Positions 50,865 to 59,881 of a DNA stretch of 64,000 bases are shown one piece after another. Position 1 is the stretch's first letter. The number at the start of each line of letters is the position of its first letter. Origin of the DNA: Acidimicrobiia bacterium. GTDB taxonomy: Bacteria; Actinomycetota; Acidimicrobiia; Spongiisociales; Spongiisociaceae. Made by a program: the position numbers and the translations under genes. The notes below the pieces were generated by a model, which saw only the letters and a list, made by a program, of their open reading frames with translations, did not search any database and was not told where the DNA came from. The stretch spans positions 32,549 to 96,548 of the forward strand of contig JAJEIM010000031.1 in assembly GCA_022827785.1 (NCBI GenBank), written 5' to 3'.

Positions 50865-52300
50865 GTGGCCAGCGACTCCGGGTCGGATACGTGGGGGTGG
50901 CGTTCGAGAGTTACTACGCCGACGAGCACGACCAGTACCGGCGGGCCACCACCGGCCTCCGCCGCCTCGCCGACGAACTGGACTTCGACCTGGTGGCCAT
51001 CGACCACGGGATCGGTGATCTGGAGGCCGCACGCGAGGCAGCCGGCCACCTGTCGTCCCAGCAACTCGACTTCCTGGTCCTCCAGGCCGCGGCCTGCGCG
51101 TCGGGCGAGTTGCTCGAACCGCTGGCGGCGGTTGCTCCCCGGCTCGGCCTCTGGGCCACTCCCGAGCCGGTCCTGGAGGGATCGATCCAGCTCCACTCCC
51201 TGGTCTCGACCAACCACTTCGCCTCGATAATCCGCCGCTACCTGCGAGATCGGGGGACACCCTACAAGTGGTTCCTCGGCCACATCGACGAGCCGGACAC
51301 GGAACGGCGCTTCCGCGTCACCTTCCGCGCCCTGAAGGGGATCAAGGCGATGGCCTCGGCGCGGATCGGCTGGATAGGCGGCATCTCTCCCGGTTTCTAC
51401 AACATGCTGTTCGACGAGGAGAGCCTGGAAAGCCGGTTCGGAACCACGGTCGGCACGCACACCATCGAAGACGTAGTCCAATCGGCTCGGGCCGTCGAGA
51501 CCGGCCCGGCCGCATCCGTGGTGCGGAAGGCCACCGACCTGGCCACCGAGGTGACCGCTCCCTCACTCGGCATGGACCGCAATGCCCGCCTCTACCTGGC
51601 CCTCCGCCGGATCATCGAGACGGAGGGGTACGACGCCCTGGCAGTCCAGTGCTGGCCCAGCTTCCAGGAGGACTTCGACATGGCCCCGTGCATGGCCTAC
51701 AGCCTGCTGGGCTCGGAGGACGGTGTGGCGGTGTCCTGCGAGGGGGACGTGCCCGGGGCGGTGACGATGCTCCTGATGAACTCGATGTCGCCCCATCATG
51801 GTTCCGCCACTCTGCTGGACCTGACCACCCTCGACCTGGAAACCGACGCCGCCCTGCTCTGGCATTGTGGGGTCACGCCCCGCCATTTCGGCGCAGGCAA
51901 CGGGATCCGCTGGGTGGATCATGTGACGCTGGGACGCAAGTCGGACATCCGCTACGGCGTGTCGGGCGACCTGTTGTTCGCTCCCCAGCAGACGACCATC
52001 TCCTATGCGGGGGACGATTTCCGCGAGCTGTTCATCGCCACGGCCGAGGTGGTGGACACGGGCAAGGCCGGGTTCGACGGCACCCGCGGCTGGTTCACCC
52101 GGTTCCGGCTCAACGGGGAGCCGATCGAGTTGATGGACCTGGTCAACACCGTGATGGTCCAGGGCCGCGAGCACCACTACGCGGTGGCGCAGGGAGACCT
52201 GTCCTCGGAGCTGGCGGAAGTGGCCGCCTGGCTCGGGATGCGCACCACTAGGCCCATCCCGATGCGGGACTACCTACAGATCGATGACCTGAGCGGATGA
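50861..52300 (+). CDS. L-fucose/L-arabinose isomerase family protein
   Basis: A ~480 aa protein with RVGYVGVAFESYYAD...IGWIGGISPGFYNM...GSATLLDL...WHCG, resembling the FucI/AraA C-terminal domain family. ATGA overlap with dhaL. Confidence 0.6.
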   Translation: MSGQRLRVGYVGVAFESYYADEHDQYRRATTGLRRLADELDFDLVAIDHGIGDLEAAREAAGHLSSQQLDFLVLQAAACASGELLEPLAAVAPRLGLWATPEPVLEGSIQLHSLVSTNHFASIIRRYLRDRGTPYKWFLGHIDEPDTERRFRVTFRALKGIKAMASARIGWIGGISPGFYNMLFDEESLESRFGTTVGTHTIEDVVQSARAVETGPAASVVRKATDLATEVTAPSLGMDRNARLYLALRRIIETEGYDALAVQCWPSFQEDFDMAPCMAYSLLGSEDGVAVSCEGDVPGAVTMLLMNSMSPHHGSATLLDLTTLDLETDAALLWHCGVTPRHFGAGNGIRWVDHVTLGRKSDIRYGVSGDLLFAPQQTTISYAGDDFRELFIATAEVVDTGKAGFDGTRGWFTRFRLNGEPIELMDLVNTVMVQGREHHYAVAQGDLSSELAEVAAWLGMRTTRPIPMRDYLQIDDLSG

Positions 52301-53214
52301 CGGGACTCCCCGAAGGCCGGTCGGAGGTGGGCTCGCGTCGTCTCGGGCGGGTCGCAACGACGACCGGTCTCTTCACGGTCCTGGCGATCGACCATGTGGG
52401 CTCATTCGCCCAGACCGTGAGCCCGGCCCGCCCGGAGAACATGACGGCCGACGACATCAACGCGGCCAAGCAACCGATCATCGAGGCGCTCGGGCCGATA
52501 AGCCGGGCCGTCCTGATCGACCCCGGCTATCTCGTGGCCACGGGGTCCGCGGTTGGTGGCCGCCCGGAGGGTCTGGGCCTGATCCTCGGTATCGAGGACG
52601 GGGACTACGCTGACGTTCGAACCTCCCCTCGCCTCCTTCCCGGCTGGAACGTGGAGCGGGCGGCCGAGATGGGAGCGGACGCCGTCAAGATCTCCGTCTA
52701 CTACGACCCGGACGGGGATATGTCAGCGGCGGAACGGTTCGTGACGGCTGTGGTGAGGCAGTGCCGGGAGGTCGGGTTGCCGCTCTTCTGCGAGCCTCTG
52801 GCGCTCTACGAGGATCCCGCTGACAGGAAGCGCGCCGTGATGGAAGGAGTTAGACGGCTCGGCCCGCTGGGGGCGGAAGTGCTGAAGCTGCAGTTTCCCG
52901 TCATGCCGGAGGCCGGCCGGCACGCTCCCGAGGAATGGGCCGAAGCATGCGCCGAGGTCGACCGCTCGAGTCCGGTTCCCTGGGTCATCCTGTCCGAGGG
53001 CAGTGACTTCGGGCTCTTCCGTGACCAGGTGCGGGTGGCCTGCGCGGCGGGGGCGTCGGGGTTTCTCGGAGGCCGGGCCATCTGGCGCGAGCTTGCCACG
53101 GGCCGACGCGACGCGCACCATGCCGCCCAGCGGATGACCGAGCTGCGTGCCGTCGCCGAGGCTGAAGGGACGCCCTGGTCGACCTCGATGGCGCGGCGCA
53201 ACACGATCCGATAG
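52297..53214 (+). CDS. Class I aldolase family protein (tagatose/fructose-bisphosphate aldolase LacD-like)
   Basis: FTVLAIDHVGSF...AVKISVYYDPDGD...LKLQFPV resembles the LacD/DeoC-type TIM-barrel aldolase pattern. ATGA overlap with the upstream gene. Confidence 0.5.
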   Translation: MTGLPEGRSEVGSRRLGRVATTTGLFTVLAIDHVGSFAQTVSPARPENMTADDINAAKQPIIEALGPISRAVLIDPGYLVATGSAVGGRPEGLGLILGIEDGDYADVRTSPRLLPGWNVERAAEMGADAVKISVYYDPDGDMSAAERFVTAVVRQCREVGLPLFCEPLALYEDPADRKRAVMEGVRRLGPLGAEVLKLQFPVMPEAGRHAPEEWAEACAEVDRSSPVPWVILSEGSDFGLFRDQVRVACAAGASGFLGGRAIWRELATGRRDAHHAAQRMTELRAVAEAEGTPWSTSMARRNTIR

Positions 53215-53227
53215 CCCGGTAAGGCCC

Positions 53228-53980
53228 ATGGTGGGAAGCCTGCGCCTCTATTCCGACCTGGCCTACCTGTGGCCGCTGGTAAGCCCGCCGGAGGACTACG
53301 CGGAGGAGGCCGTTCACTGGAGGGAAGCCATCCGGGCCCGGCTGGGTGAGGGCCTCTATCGCATCCTCGAGCTCGGCGTGGGCGGTGGCCACAACCTGTC
53401 GCACCTCACCTCTGACTTCGAGGCCACCGGTGTTGACCTGTCTCCGGAGATGCTGGAGCATTCCCGGCGGTTGAACCCGGACGTGGAGCACCATCTGGGT
53501 GATATGCGGACGGTGCGCCTGGGGAAGGTGTTCGACGCGGTGCTCATCCACGATGCGGTCTCCTACATGCAGACCGAGGACGACCTGCGAGCGGCCTTCG
53601 CCACCGCCCGGGCCCACCTGCGAGCCGGCGGTCTGCTCCTGGTGGCGCCGGACCTGGTGGCGGAGTCGTTCGACGAGGGCCGGGTCTTGCGCTGGGATAT
53701 CCCACCACCCTCCCGGCCCGGCGACCCGGAGGTGGAGGTCGAAGAGCGGCTGACCGACCCCGATCCGACCGACACCACCATCGAGTCCTGGATCACCTAC
53801 ACGATCACCGAGGGAGGCGTTCGCCGGACGGAGACCGACCTCCATGTGACCGGCCTCTTCCCCCTGGCAACCTGGGTGTCGCTGATGGAGGAGGCCGGCT
53901 TCGAGACCCGGATACTCCCTCTCCCGGGTGACGGGGACGGATGCGGTGAGCACCTATTCTCCGGGATCCTCCGGGGGTGA
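53228..53980 (+). CDS. Class I SAM-dependent methyltransferase
   Basis: ILELGVGGGHNLSHL is motif I (GxGxG), and VFDAVLIHDAVSYM is motif II. Confidence 0.75.
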   Translation: MVGSLRLYSDLAYLWPLVSPPEDYAEEAVHWREAIRARLGEGLYRILELGVGGGHNLSHLTSDFEATGVDLSPEMLEHSRRLNPDVEHHLGDMRTVRLGKVFDAVLIHDAVSYMQTEDDLRAAFATARAHLRAGGLLLVAPDLVAESFDEGRVLRWDIPPPSRPGDPEVEVEERLTDPDPTDTTIESWITYTITEGGVRRTETDLHVTGLFPLATWVSLMEEAGFETRILPLPGDGDGCGEHLFSGILRG

Positions 53981-54054
53981 GTGCTTACATCCAGGTGGTC
54001 GATGCGGCTGCATCGCACTGCGATTAGCGACTCGCACGAAGGTCTCCGGAACCG

Positions 54055-54774
54055 TCACGCGGGGAGGGGCCGTCCTTCTCCCTGTCCGTCCAGGCCGGCG
54101 ATCCACGCATCGAACAGCCCGTAGGAACCCTCGTTCAACTCCGCCCGGGCGTCCTCCATGCCTGCAACGAACTCCTCAGGGGTGCTCCCCGCCCTCTCCA
54201 CCATCTCGCGGGCCCCGTGGTTGGCCCACCGGTTGGCCGTGGAGTTGTGCGTCTCGGGATGGAATTGGATGGCCAGCGCCGATCCCAGTGCGAAGGCTTG
54301 GGGGAACCGGTCGGAGCGTGCCAGCAGCACGCTGCCCGGGGGCAGATCGAACGTGTCCTGATGCATCTCGAACACCCTTCGTCCGGCCACCTTCGACACC
54401 ACCGGATGGCGGTGTCCGGCCTCGGTGAGCTCGACCGGTACGGCGCCGACCTCGGGACGGTCGGCCTTATAGACCCGGCCCCCCAGTGCTGCGGCGAGCA
54501 GCTGGGATCCGAGGCAGATCCCCAGCACGGGAACGTCCCGTTCCACCAGTTCCCGCGCCAGTTCCATCTCGTCGGCGAGATAGGGATAAGCGTCGGTCTC
54601 GTAGGCGCCCATGCGGCCGCCCGTCATCACCAGGATCCCCACCTCGTCGGCCGGCGGGATCGGTTCTCCGTCGATGGCCGTGATCTCGTCCCACTCCATC
54701 CCGGAGTGCTCGAGGCGCTCGACGAGCCTGTCCAAGGGCTCATGGGAGTGCTTGATCACCAACATCCTGCCCAT
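54055..54774 (-). CDS. Class I glutamine amidotransferase-like protein
   Basis: VPVLGICLGSQLLAAALGG has the nucleophile-elbow Cys, and ...FHPE... the catalytic His-Glu. The start is the internal Met at 54774. Confidence 0.75.
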   Translation of the reverse strand: MGRMLVIKHSHEPLDRLVERLEHSGMEWDEITAIDGEPIPPADEVGILVMTGGRMGAYETDAYPYLADEMELARELVERDVPVLGICLGSQLLAAALGGRVYKADRPEVGAVPVELTEAGHRHPVVSKVAGRRVFEMHQDTFDLPPGSVLLARSDRFPQAFALGSALAIQFHPETHNSTANRWANHGAREMVERAGSTPEEFVAGMEDARAELNEGSYGLFDAWIAGLDGQGEGRPLPA

Positions 54775-54889
54775 CGCCCGGGAGCCTACCGCGGACCGTG
54801 AGGTGTTCGGACCCGATGACGCACGGTCAGGAGCCGCGGTCGATGGTCGTGGAGAACCGGAGATGCCTGCCTCGTGACTCAACCCCTGG

Positions 54890-56077
54890 TTGGTCCCATG
54901 CCCGCCGATCATTGGGGCCGATCAGAACTATCATGTGGCGGGTCCCGACCGGAGGGCACTCTTGACAGTATCCGAGCGTTCAGCGGCCGCCCGGTGGCGC
55001 CGCGTCGCATGGGCGGGGTTGGTCACCGTCGCTCTGCTGGCGGCGGGGACCGTTCCGGGATCGGCCACCACCGGCGCGGACGGAGGGTTCTCCGACGTGG
55101 GCGAGGGCGGCACGCATACGCCCGCCATCGAGGCCCTCTCAGCCATGGGTGTGTTCTCGGGCACCGGATGTGGGGACGGCCTCTTCTGTCCCCGCGACCC
55201 GGTGGAGCGGTCGGTGATGGCCGTCTGGCTGATCCGGGTGCTCGGCCGTGAGGTCGACGCCACCGGAACATCCCGGTTCGCCGACGTCGACGCCGACCTG
55301 TGGTGGTCACCCTACGCGGAGGAACTCGCCGACCGGGAGATCACTACGGGATGCGGTACCGAACCACTCCGCTACTGCCCGGAAAAGACCGTCAACCGGG
55401 GGCAGATGGCCACCTTCCTGGTCCGCGCCTTCGATCTCGAACCCGCCGCCGCGGCCGGGTTCATCGATGTTGCCGAGGGCGGAACGCACAGCGCCAGCAT
55501 CGACGCCCTGTACGCGGCCGGCATCACCACCGGATGCGGTACCGATCCGCTCCGCTACTGCCCGCTCAAGGCCGTGAACCGGGGCCAGATGGCCACCTTC
55601 CTGCACCGGGCATTACACATGCAGGCAGAGGAGACCGGGTCCGCGCCTGTCGAGATAAGCGACGACGTCCCGGATGCCGACCTGACCGACGTGGCCACCG
55701 GCGACACCGTGAACCTCCGGTCGGTCTTCACCGGCGACAAGGCGGTCATGTTCTGGTTCTGGGCCGAGTGGTGACCGACTTGCCAGGGGCATGCCCCCGA
55801 GGTCGAGCAGTTTGCTCGAAAAAACGCCGGAAAGGTCACAGTCGTCGGCATCAACCCGCGAACATGGAACAATCTGACCGATGCCAGGAGCTTTGTGAGC
55901 AGGTACGGGTTAACTTTCACCAACCTCTGGGACAGCTCCGATACCGTGCGTAGGCACTATGGCAGCCCCTATACGTCTAGGGCGCTGCTGGTCGACAAGC
56001 AGGGCAACCGGGTGGAGCAGGCTCCGAGCCTCTTCTCCGCCGCCAGGTTCCAGGGGCTGGTCGACAACCTCGACTAG
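54890..56077 (+). CDS. Candidate selenoprotein: a cell-envelope protein with three SLH-like repeats fused to a TlpA/ResA-like thioredoxin-fold domain. An in-frame TGA (55772-55774) sits at the first Cys of the CxxC motif. The alternative reading is a pseudogene truncated at 55774
   Basis: The track ORF 54890..55774 ends ...KAVMFWFWAEW-TGA. The same frame continues without interruption as PTCQGHAPEVEQFARKNAGKVTVVGIN...YGLTFTNLWD...ALLVDKQGNRV... to a TAG at 56075-77; the track ORF 55895..56077 is in the same frame. Together this forms a textbook TlpA fold (FWAxW-C/U-xx-C) with TGA at the nucleophilic Cys position. Three upstream repeats read F[SAI]DV...TGCG...[LR][FY]CP...V.R..MA..L.R. Confidence 0.5.
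55777..55804 (+). promoter_or_regulatory. Candidate bacterial SECIS-like hairpin immediately 3' of the in-frame UGA
   Basis: GACUUGCCAGGGG-CAUG-CCCCCGAGGUC forms a 4 bp GC apical stem (GGGG/CCCC) with a 4-nt loop containing G, plus a lower stem GACUU/GAGGUC. The apical loop lies about 16 nt downstream of the UGA. Confidence 0.35.
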
Positions 56078-56121
56078 GCGGCCCGGCCCCGCTGGCCCGA
56101 CTCCATCATCCCGGGCCGCTG

Positions 56122-56883
56122 CTACTTGGGTCCCATCCTGATCCCGCCGTCCATGCGGATGGTCTCGCCGTTCATGTACTCGTGGGTGACCAGCAGCATC
56201 ACCAGCTCCGCATACTCGTCGGGACGGCCGAGACGCTTCGGGTGAAGAACCTGGCGGCCCAGCGACTCCTTGGCTGGCTCGGGCAGACCGGCCAGCAGCG
56301 GAGTGTCGATGATCCCCGGGGCGATGGTGCTGACCCGGATCCCCAGGACGGAAAGATCCCGGGCGATAGGCAGGGTCATCCCGACGATCCCGCCCTTGGA
56401 GGCCGAGTAGGCGGCCTGGCCGATCTGGCCGTCGTAGGCGGCCACCGAGGCAGTATTGATGATGGCGCCCCGGTCGTTGTTCGCATCGGGCTCGTTCCCC
56501 ATCATCGCGGAGGCGGCGACCCGGATCGTGTTGAACGTCCCCACCAGGTTGATGTCGATCACCTTGCGGAACAGGGCGAGGGAGTGGGGGGTTCCGTCCC
56601 GGGCGAGAGTGCGGCAGGGCGGCCCGATCCCGGCGCAGTTGACGACCACCCGTATCTCGCCCAGCCGGGCGGCCGCATCGACTCCGGCCACCACGTCATC
56701 CTCGCTGGTGACGTCACAATGGGCGAAGATGCCGCCCAGTTCGCCGGCGACCTCTCCGCCGAGGGTGTCATTGACGTCGAGAATCGCCACTCTCATGCCT
56801 TTAGCGGCCAGCGCCCGGGCGGCGGCCGCCCCAAGACCCGACGCGCCTCCGGTCACGACCGCCACAGCTCCGTTGAGGTCCAT
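56122..56883 (-). CDS. SDR family 3-hydroxyacyl-CoA dehydrogenase type-2-like oxidoreductase
   Basis: VAVVTGGASGLGAA, NCAG, and YSASKGG (YxxxK), in an HSD17B10/FadB2x-like pattern. Confidence 0.75.
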   Translation of the reverse strand: MDLNGAVAVVTGGASGLGAAAARALAAKGMRVAILDVNDTLGGEVAGELGGIFAHCDVTSEDDVVAGVDAAARLGEIRVVVNCAGIGPPCRTLARDGTPHSLALFRKVIDINLVGTFNTIRVAASAMMGNEPDANNDRGAIINTASVAAYDGQIGQAAYSASKGGIVGMTLPIARDLSVLGIRVSTIAPGIIDTPLLAGLPEPAKESLGRQVLHPKRLGRPDEYAELVMLLVTHEYMNGETIRMDGGIRMGPK

Positions 56884-57007
56884 ACCGTCCTAGCCTTTCT
56901 TCCGTTGTCAGCCGACGCTACCGGCCGCAAGACTAGACCCGAAACCGGTCCGGGATTCTTCCGGCGCCTCGCCTCCGAACCGGGAGCGAGGACGGGACGC
57001 AGCCGGA

Positions 57008-57622
57008 TTGGTGCCATTATGGTGCCTGCCCCGGACGCCGCCGGAGAGGAATCAAGGCGTGGCCAGACGCAGCACCGGACCCAGCCAGAGCAACCGGACC
57101 CGATCCTCGCGCGGAGCGGGCGAACGGTCGCCGGACCGCACGGTGGTGTACACCGACGGCGCCTGTTCCGGGAATCCCGGCCCGGGAGGATGGGCCTGGG
57201 TGATCCCCGGAGGCCGGTACCGGAGCGGCTCGGAAACACACAGCACCAACCAGCGGATGGAGCTGGCCGCCGCCCTTGACGCGGTGCGAAGTATCGGTGG
57301 CGCGGTGGAGGTCGTCAGCGATTCGGCGTATGTCGTGAACTGCTTCCGGCAGGGTTGGTGGAAGGGATGGCTAGCCCGCGGCTGGATCAACACGAAGAAG
57401 CAGCCGGTGGCGAACCGTGACCTCTGGGAACCACTTATCGACCTCTACCGGTCCAGGCCGGTCAGCTTCCGATGGGTGAAGGGACACGGCGGCAACAAAT
57501 GGAACGACCTAGCCGACCGCCTGGCCGTCCAGGCGTCGCTGGCGCAAGAAGGCGTCGAGGGCGAGGGTACTCCGCCTCCCGGCCATGTAGCCATCTCCGA
57601 CCGCGATGGATGGACGTTTTGA
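57008..57622 (+). CDS. rnhA: Ribonuclease HI
   Basis: VVYTDGACSGNPGPGGWAWVI...NQRMELAAAL...VKGHGGNKWNDLADRLA carries the DEDD catalytic residues. The low-complexity N-terminal ~45 aa of the track ORF may not be translated; an alternative GTG start lies near 57150. Confidence 0.8.
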   Translation: MVPLWCLPRTPPERNQGVARRSTGPSQSNRTRSSRGAGERSPDRTVVYTDGACSGNPGPGGWAWVIPGGRYRSGSETHSTNQRMELAAALDAVRSIGGAVEVVSDSAYVVNCFRQGWWKGWLARGWINTKKQPVANRDLWEPLIDLYRSRPVSFRWVKGHGGNKWNDLADRLAVQASLAQEGVEGEGTPPPGHVAISDRDGWTF

Positions 57623-57754
57623 GCCCCCAGGCTCGTTCCGTTCGTGATTCGCGAGGTCTTCCGGGATCCGGGTGACCCGACCCGGAGATCGTTCGGTCCT
57701 CCCAAGGAACGATTCCCCACCCCTCATATTCGGATCGGCGTGATAGGAGCGGAC

Positions 57755-57995
57755 GAGGGGGTTGAACTTGTCACACCCCCGCGATACGTTGCCTCTCGCC
57801 AAGCACCTACACCGGCCGATGATTCAAGACCGATTCGGCTCGGCCGGCCCGAGGGAACATCGATTGGCTCTGCGGAGCGAAGTGCCGTCCCCGGCATCGA
57901 CCGGGCATGGCCGAACACGCTCCGAGCCGGGGAAAGGTGGTGGCGGGGGCCGGGCCCGGTGCGGAGCACCGGTTTGGGCGGTTTTCGCGCTCTTT
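57755..57995 (+). repeat. Dispersed conserved intergenic element, copy 4 of 4
   Basis: gttgaacttgtcacacccccgcgatacgttgcctctcgccaagcacctacaccg...ccgattcgg...cccgagggaaca...ccgggcatggccgaacacgctccgagccggggaaaggtggtggcgggggccgggcccggtgcggagcaccggtttgggcggttttcgcg. It lies between the convergent rnhA gene and a membrane-protein gene. Confidence 0.7.
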
Positions 57996-58031
57996 CTGAC
58001 TCAGGATGCTGCGCGGATCCCGGTCTCGGCG

Positions 58032-58715
58032 CTAGCGCTCGGCGAAGGCCATCTCCCGGCGGAACTTCTTCCAATCGCCGACTCGCGTGGACCAGAGGAT
58101 GTCGGTGACGATCGACACCACGCCCACGGCTACCAGGAGGACGGTCGCCCACGCGGGGACGCCGGCGATCAGCCCGGCTGGGATGAGCGCGAAGGGCACG
58201 ATCTTCGACACCAGGGCACCCGAAGCATGCATCCAGGCCCGCCGCTCGGCTGCGGTGGTCAGGTAGGTGGCGTAGTCGGTCTTCACCCCCGGCTGCGGTC
58301 GGGTGACGGTGCCGACGAACCAATGCGTGAACCGTATGCCCACGAGTCGCCCCACCACCAGGTGGGCCAGGCCATGGGTGGTCACGAGCAGGACGCCGGT
58401 CCCGGCAAGCAGGAGTAGGCCATTCCACGGTTCGGGGGCGTTGTAGGCTAGGCCGACCAGCACCAGCCCCACCACGGTTCCGGCCGAGGCGGCCGCGGTG
58501 CCCGTTCCGAGGGGAACGGTAAGCAGAGCCCACCGTTCGAAGGCGGTGCGGTCGATCGCGGCGATCCGCTCGGCGAATGCCCCTACCAGGTCCGGAGCCT
58601 TCTTGGCGGCGCCGACGACCTTCCAGAAGCCGGATCCTTTCAGACCTGCGGCAGGGTCCGACGCCAACCGTTCCTCGACGGCGCTCAACACCCGTTCGGC
58701 CTCACTCCGCTCCAT
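58032..58715 (-). CDS. Hypothetical polytopic membrane protein
   Basis: Several hydrophobic helices (LLTVPLGTGTAAASAGTVVGLVLVGLAY, LLLAGTGVLLVTTHGLAHLVVG, IPAGLIAGVPAWATVLLVAVGVVSIV). No family was recognised. Confidence 0.4.
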   Translation of the reverse strand: MERSEAERVLSAVEERLASDPAAGLKGSGFWKVVGAAKKAPDLVGAFAERIAAIDRTAFERWALLTVPLGTGTAAASAGTVVGLVLVGLAYNAPEPWNGLLLLAGTGVLLVTTHGLAHLVVGRLVGIRFTHWFVGTVTRPQPGVKTDYATYLTTAAERRAWMHASGALVSKIVPFALIPAGLIAGVPAWATVLLVAVGVVSIVTDILWSTRVGDWKKFRREMAFAER

Positions 58716-58814
58716 GTCCGATCTCCCCGCTACGGCCGTCCCGATGCTAATTAGACGCGCCCGCTAGCTGTCTCTGGTCGAAGGTCACTGTGCCCAGCTG
58801 GGGGACGCTCCCCA

Positions 58815-59699
58815 TCAATCCAGGCCGGTGAGGAACGCCGGGTTTTCCTTGGTCATCTTCTCGAGGGCGCCGTAGTCCACACCCTCGTCGAGAAGCGAGT
58901 GGAGCAGCATCCGCATCCCTTCCGGATGGGGTGGCCCCGAGGCCTGGCCCAGATCGGAGCTGAGGATCAGCCGCTCTCCGGCATGGGCATCGATGATCGG
59001 CGCCAACTCCGCCGGGGTCTGCTCCTGGAACAGAGGCGACACGCAGGTGGCGGCGACGATCTCGAGGTAGGCGCCGCTTGCCACCAACTCGCGCTGGACG
59101 TCGAGATCGTACTTGGTCAAGCTCAGGTTCACGTGGGTGACGAGCAGTTTCTCGAGCCCCACCCGGTTGGCCTCCGCGATCACCAAGCGGGTCTCCTCGA
59201 GGCTGAGATGGCCCGTGCACAGGCACGCGTCTGCATCGGCCACCAGCCTGATCGCTGCCTTAGCCTCCCCGGTCAGGCGGCCGTCCCCGTCGAGCACGGT
59301 GACACCAGGGCCCGGGAGTTGCGACTGGCGGCGGCCCAGTTGCGGGTAGTCCGGGGTCCCGTAGTAGTCGTCGTGATGCTTCGAGTGGTTGGTGGGCATC
59401 CAGACCACCCTGGCCCCGTATTGGAGGGCGGCCTCCACGACGTACGGGTCGATGCCGCCGACCGAGCGGTTCAGCACGATGGCGCCGATGGGGTCGAGCT
59501 CGGGCATGGAGCGTTTGAGGCTGGCGGCGCGGTGGAATGTGGCGCTGTCATGGTCCTTGAGGACGAAACCGCGCAAGCCGTAGTCGAGTGCGAAGCGGCC
59601 GAGGTCCTGGTCAGTGACGGGGCGGGGAAACAGGGAGGGGGCGCTGTGGGCATGCATGTCGACCGCACCGCGCACCAACTCCAGATCCCGTCGCCGCAT
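58815..59699 (-). CDS. Amidohydrolase-family TIM-barrel metal-dependent hydrolase
   Basis: The N-terminus has VDMHAHS (an HxH metal motif), and later ...HVN...ILSSDLGQ with a conserved Asp, an amidohydrolase_2-like arrangement. Confidence 0.5.
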   Translation of the reverse strand: MRRRDLELVRGAVDMHAHSAPSLFPRPVTDQDLGRFALDYGLRGFVLKDHDSATFHRAASLKRSMPELDPIGAIVLNRSVGGIDPYVVEAALQYGARVVWMPTNHSKHHDDYYGTPDYPQLGRRQSQLPGPGVTVLDGDGRLTGEAKAAIRLVADADACLCTGHLSLEETRLVIAEANRVGLEKLLVTHVNLSLTKYDLDVQRELVASGAYLEIVAATCVSPLFQEQTPAELAPIIDAHAGERLILSSDLGQASGPPHPEGMRMLLHSLLDEGVDYGALEKMTKENPAFLTGLD

Positions 59700-59881
59700 C
59701 AGGCGCCTCCCAAGTGCTCGTGTCCTACCGGTTCCGGCGGGCTGCCGGCCTTCCCAAGGGGTCTCAGAGCGTCCGGTAGCCGTCGGCGGAATGCTACAAA
59801 GGAGGCATGGACCGGCTCAACCGGGAAAGAGTCCACTCCGGGGTACGGGAGGGCAGTCAGATGTATCCGGCCAGCTCGAAG

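Noticed and set aside
54890-55774. Reading 54890..55774 simply as a complete gene terminating at the TGA
   Set aside because: Not fully rejected. It is disfavoured because the stop falls in the middle of a thioredoxin-fold beta1-CxxC element, and the downstream 100 codons in the same frame complete the fold. A truncated product would lack the entire catalytic domain.
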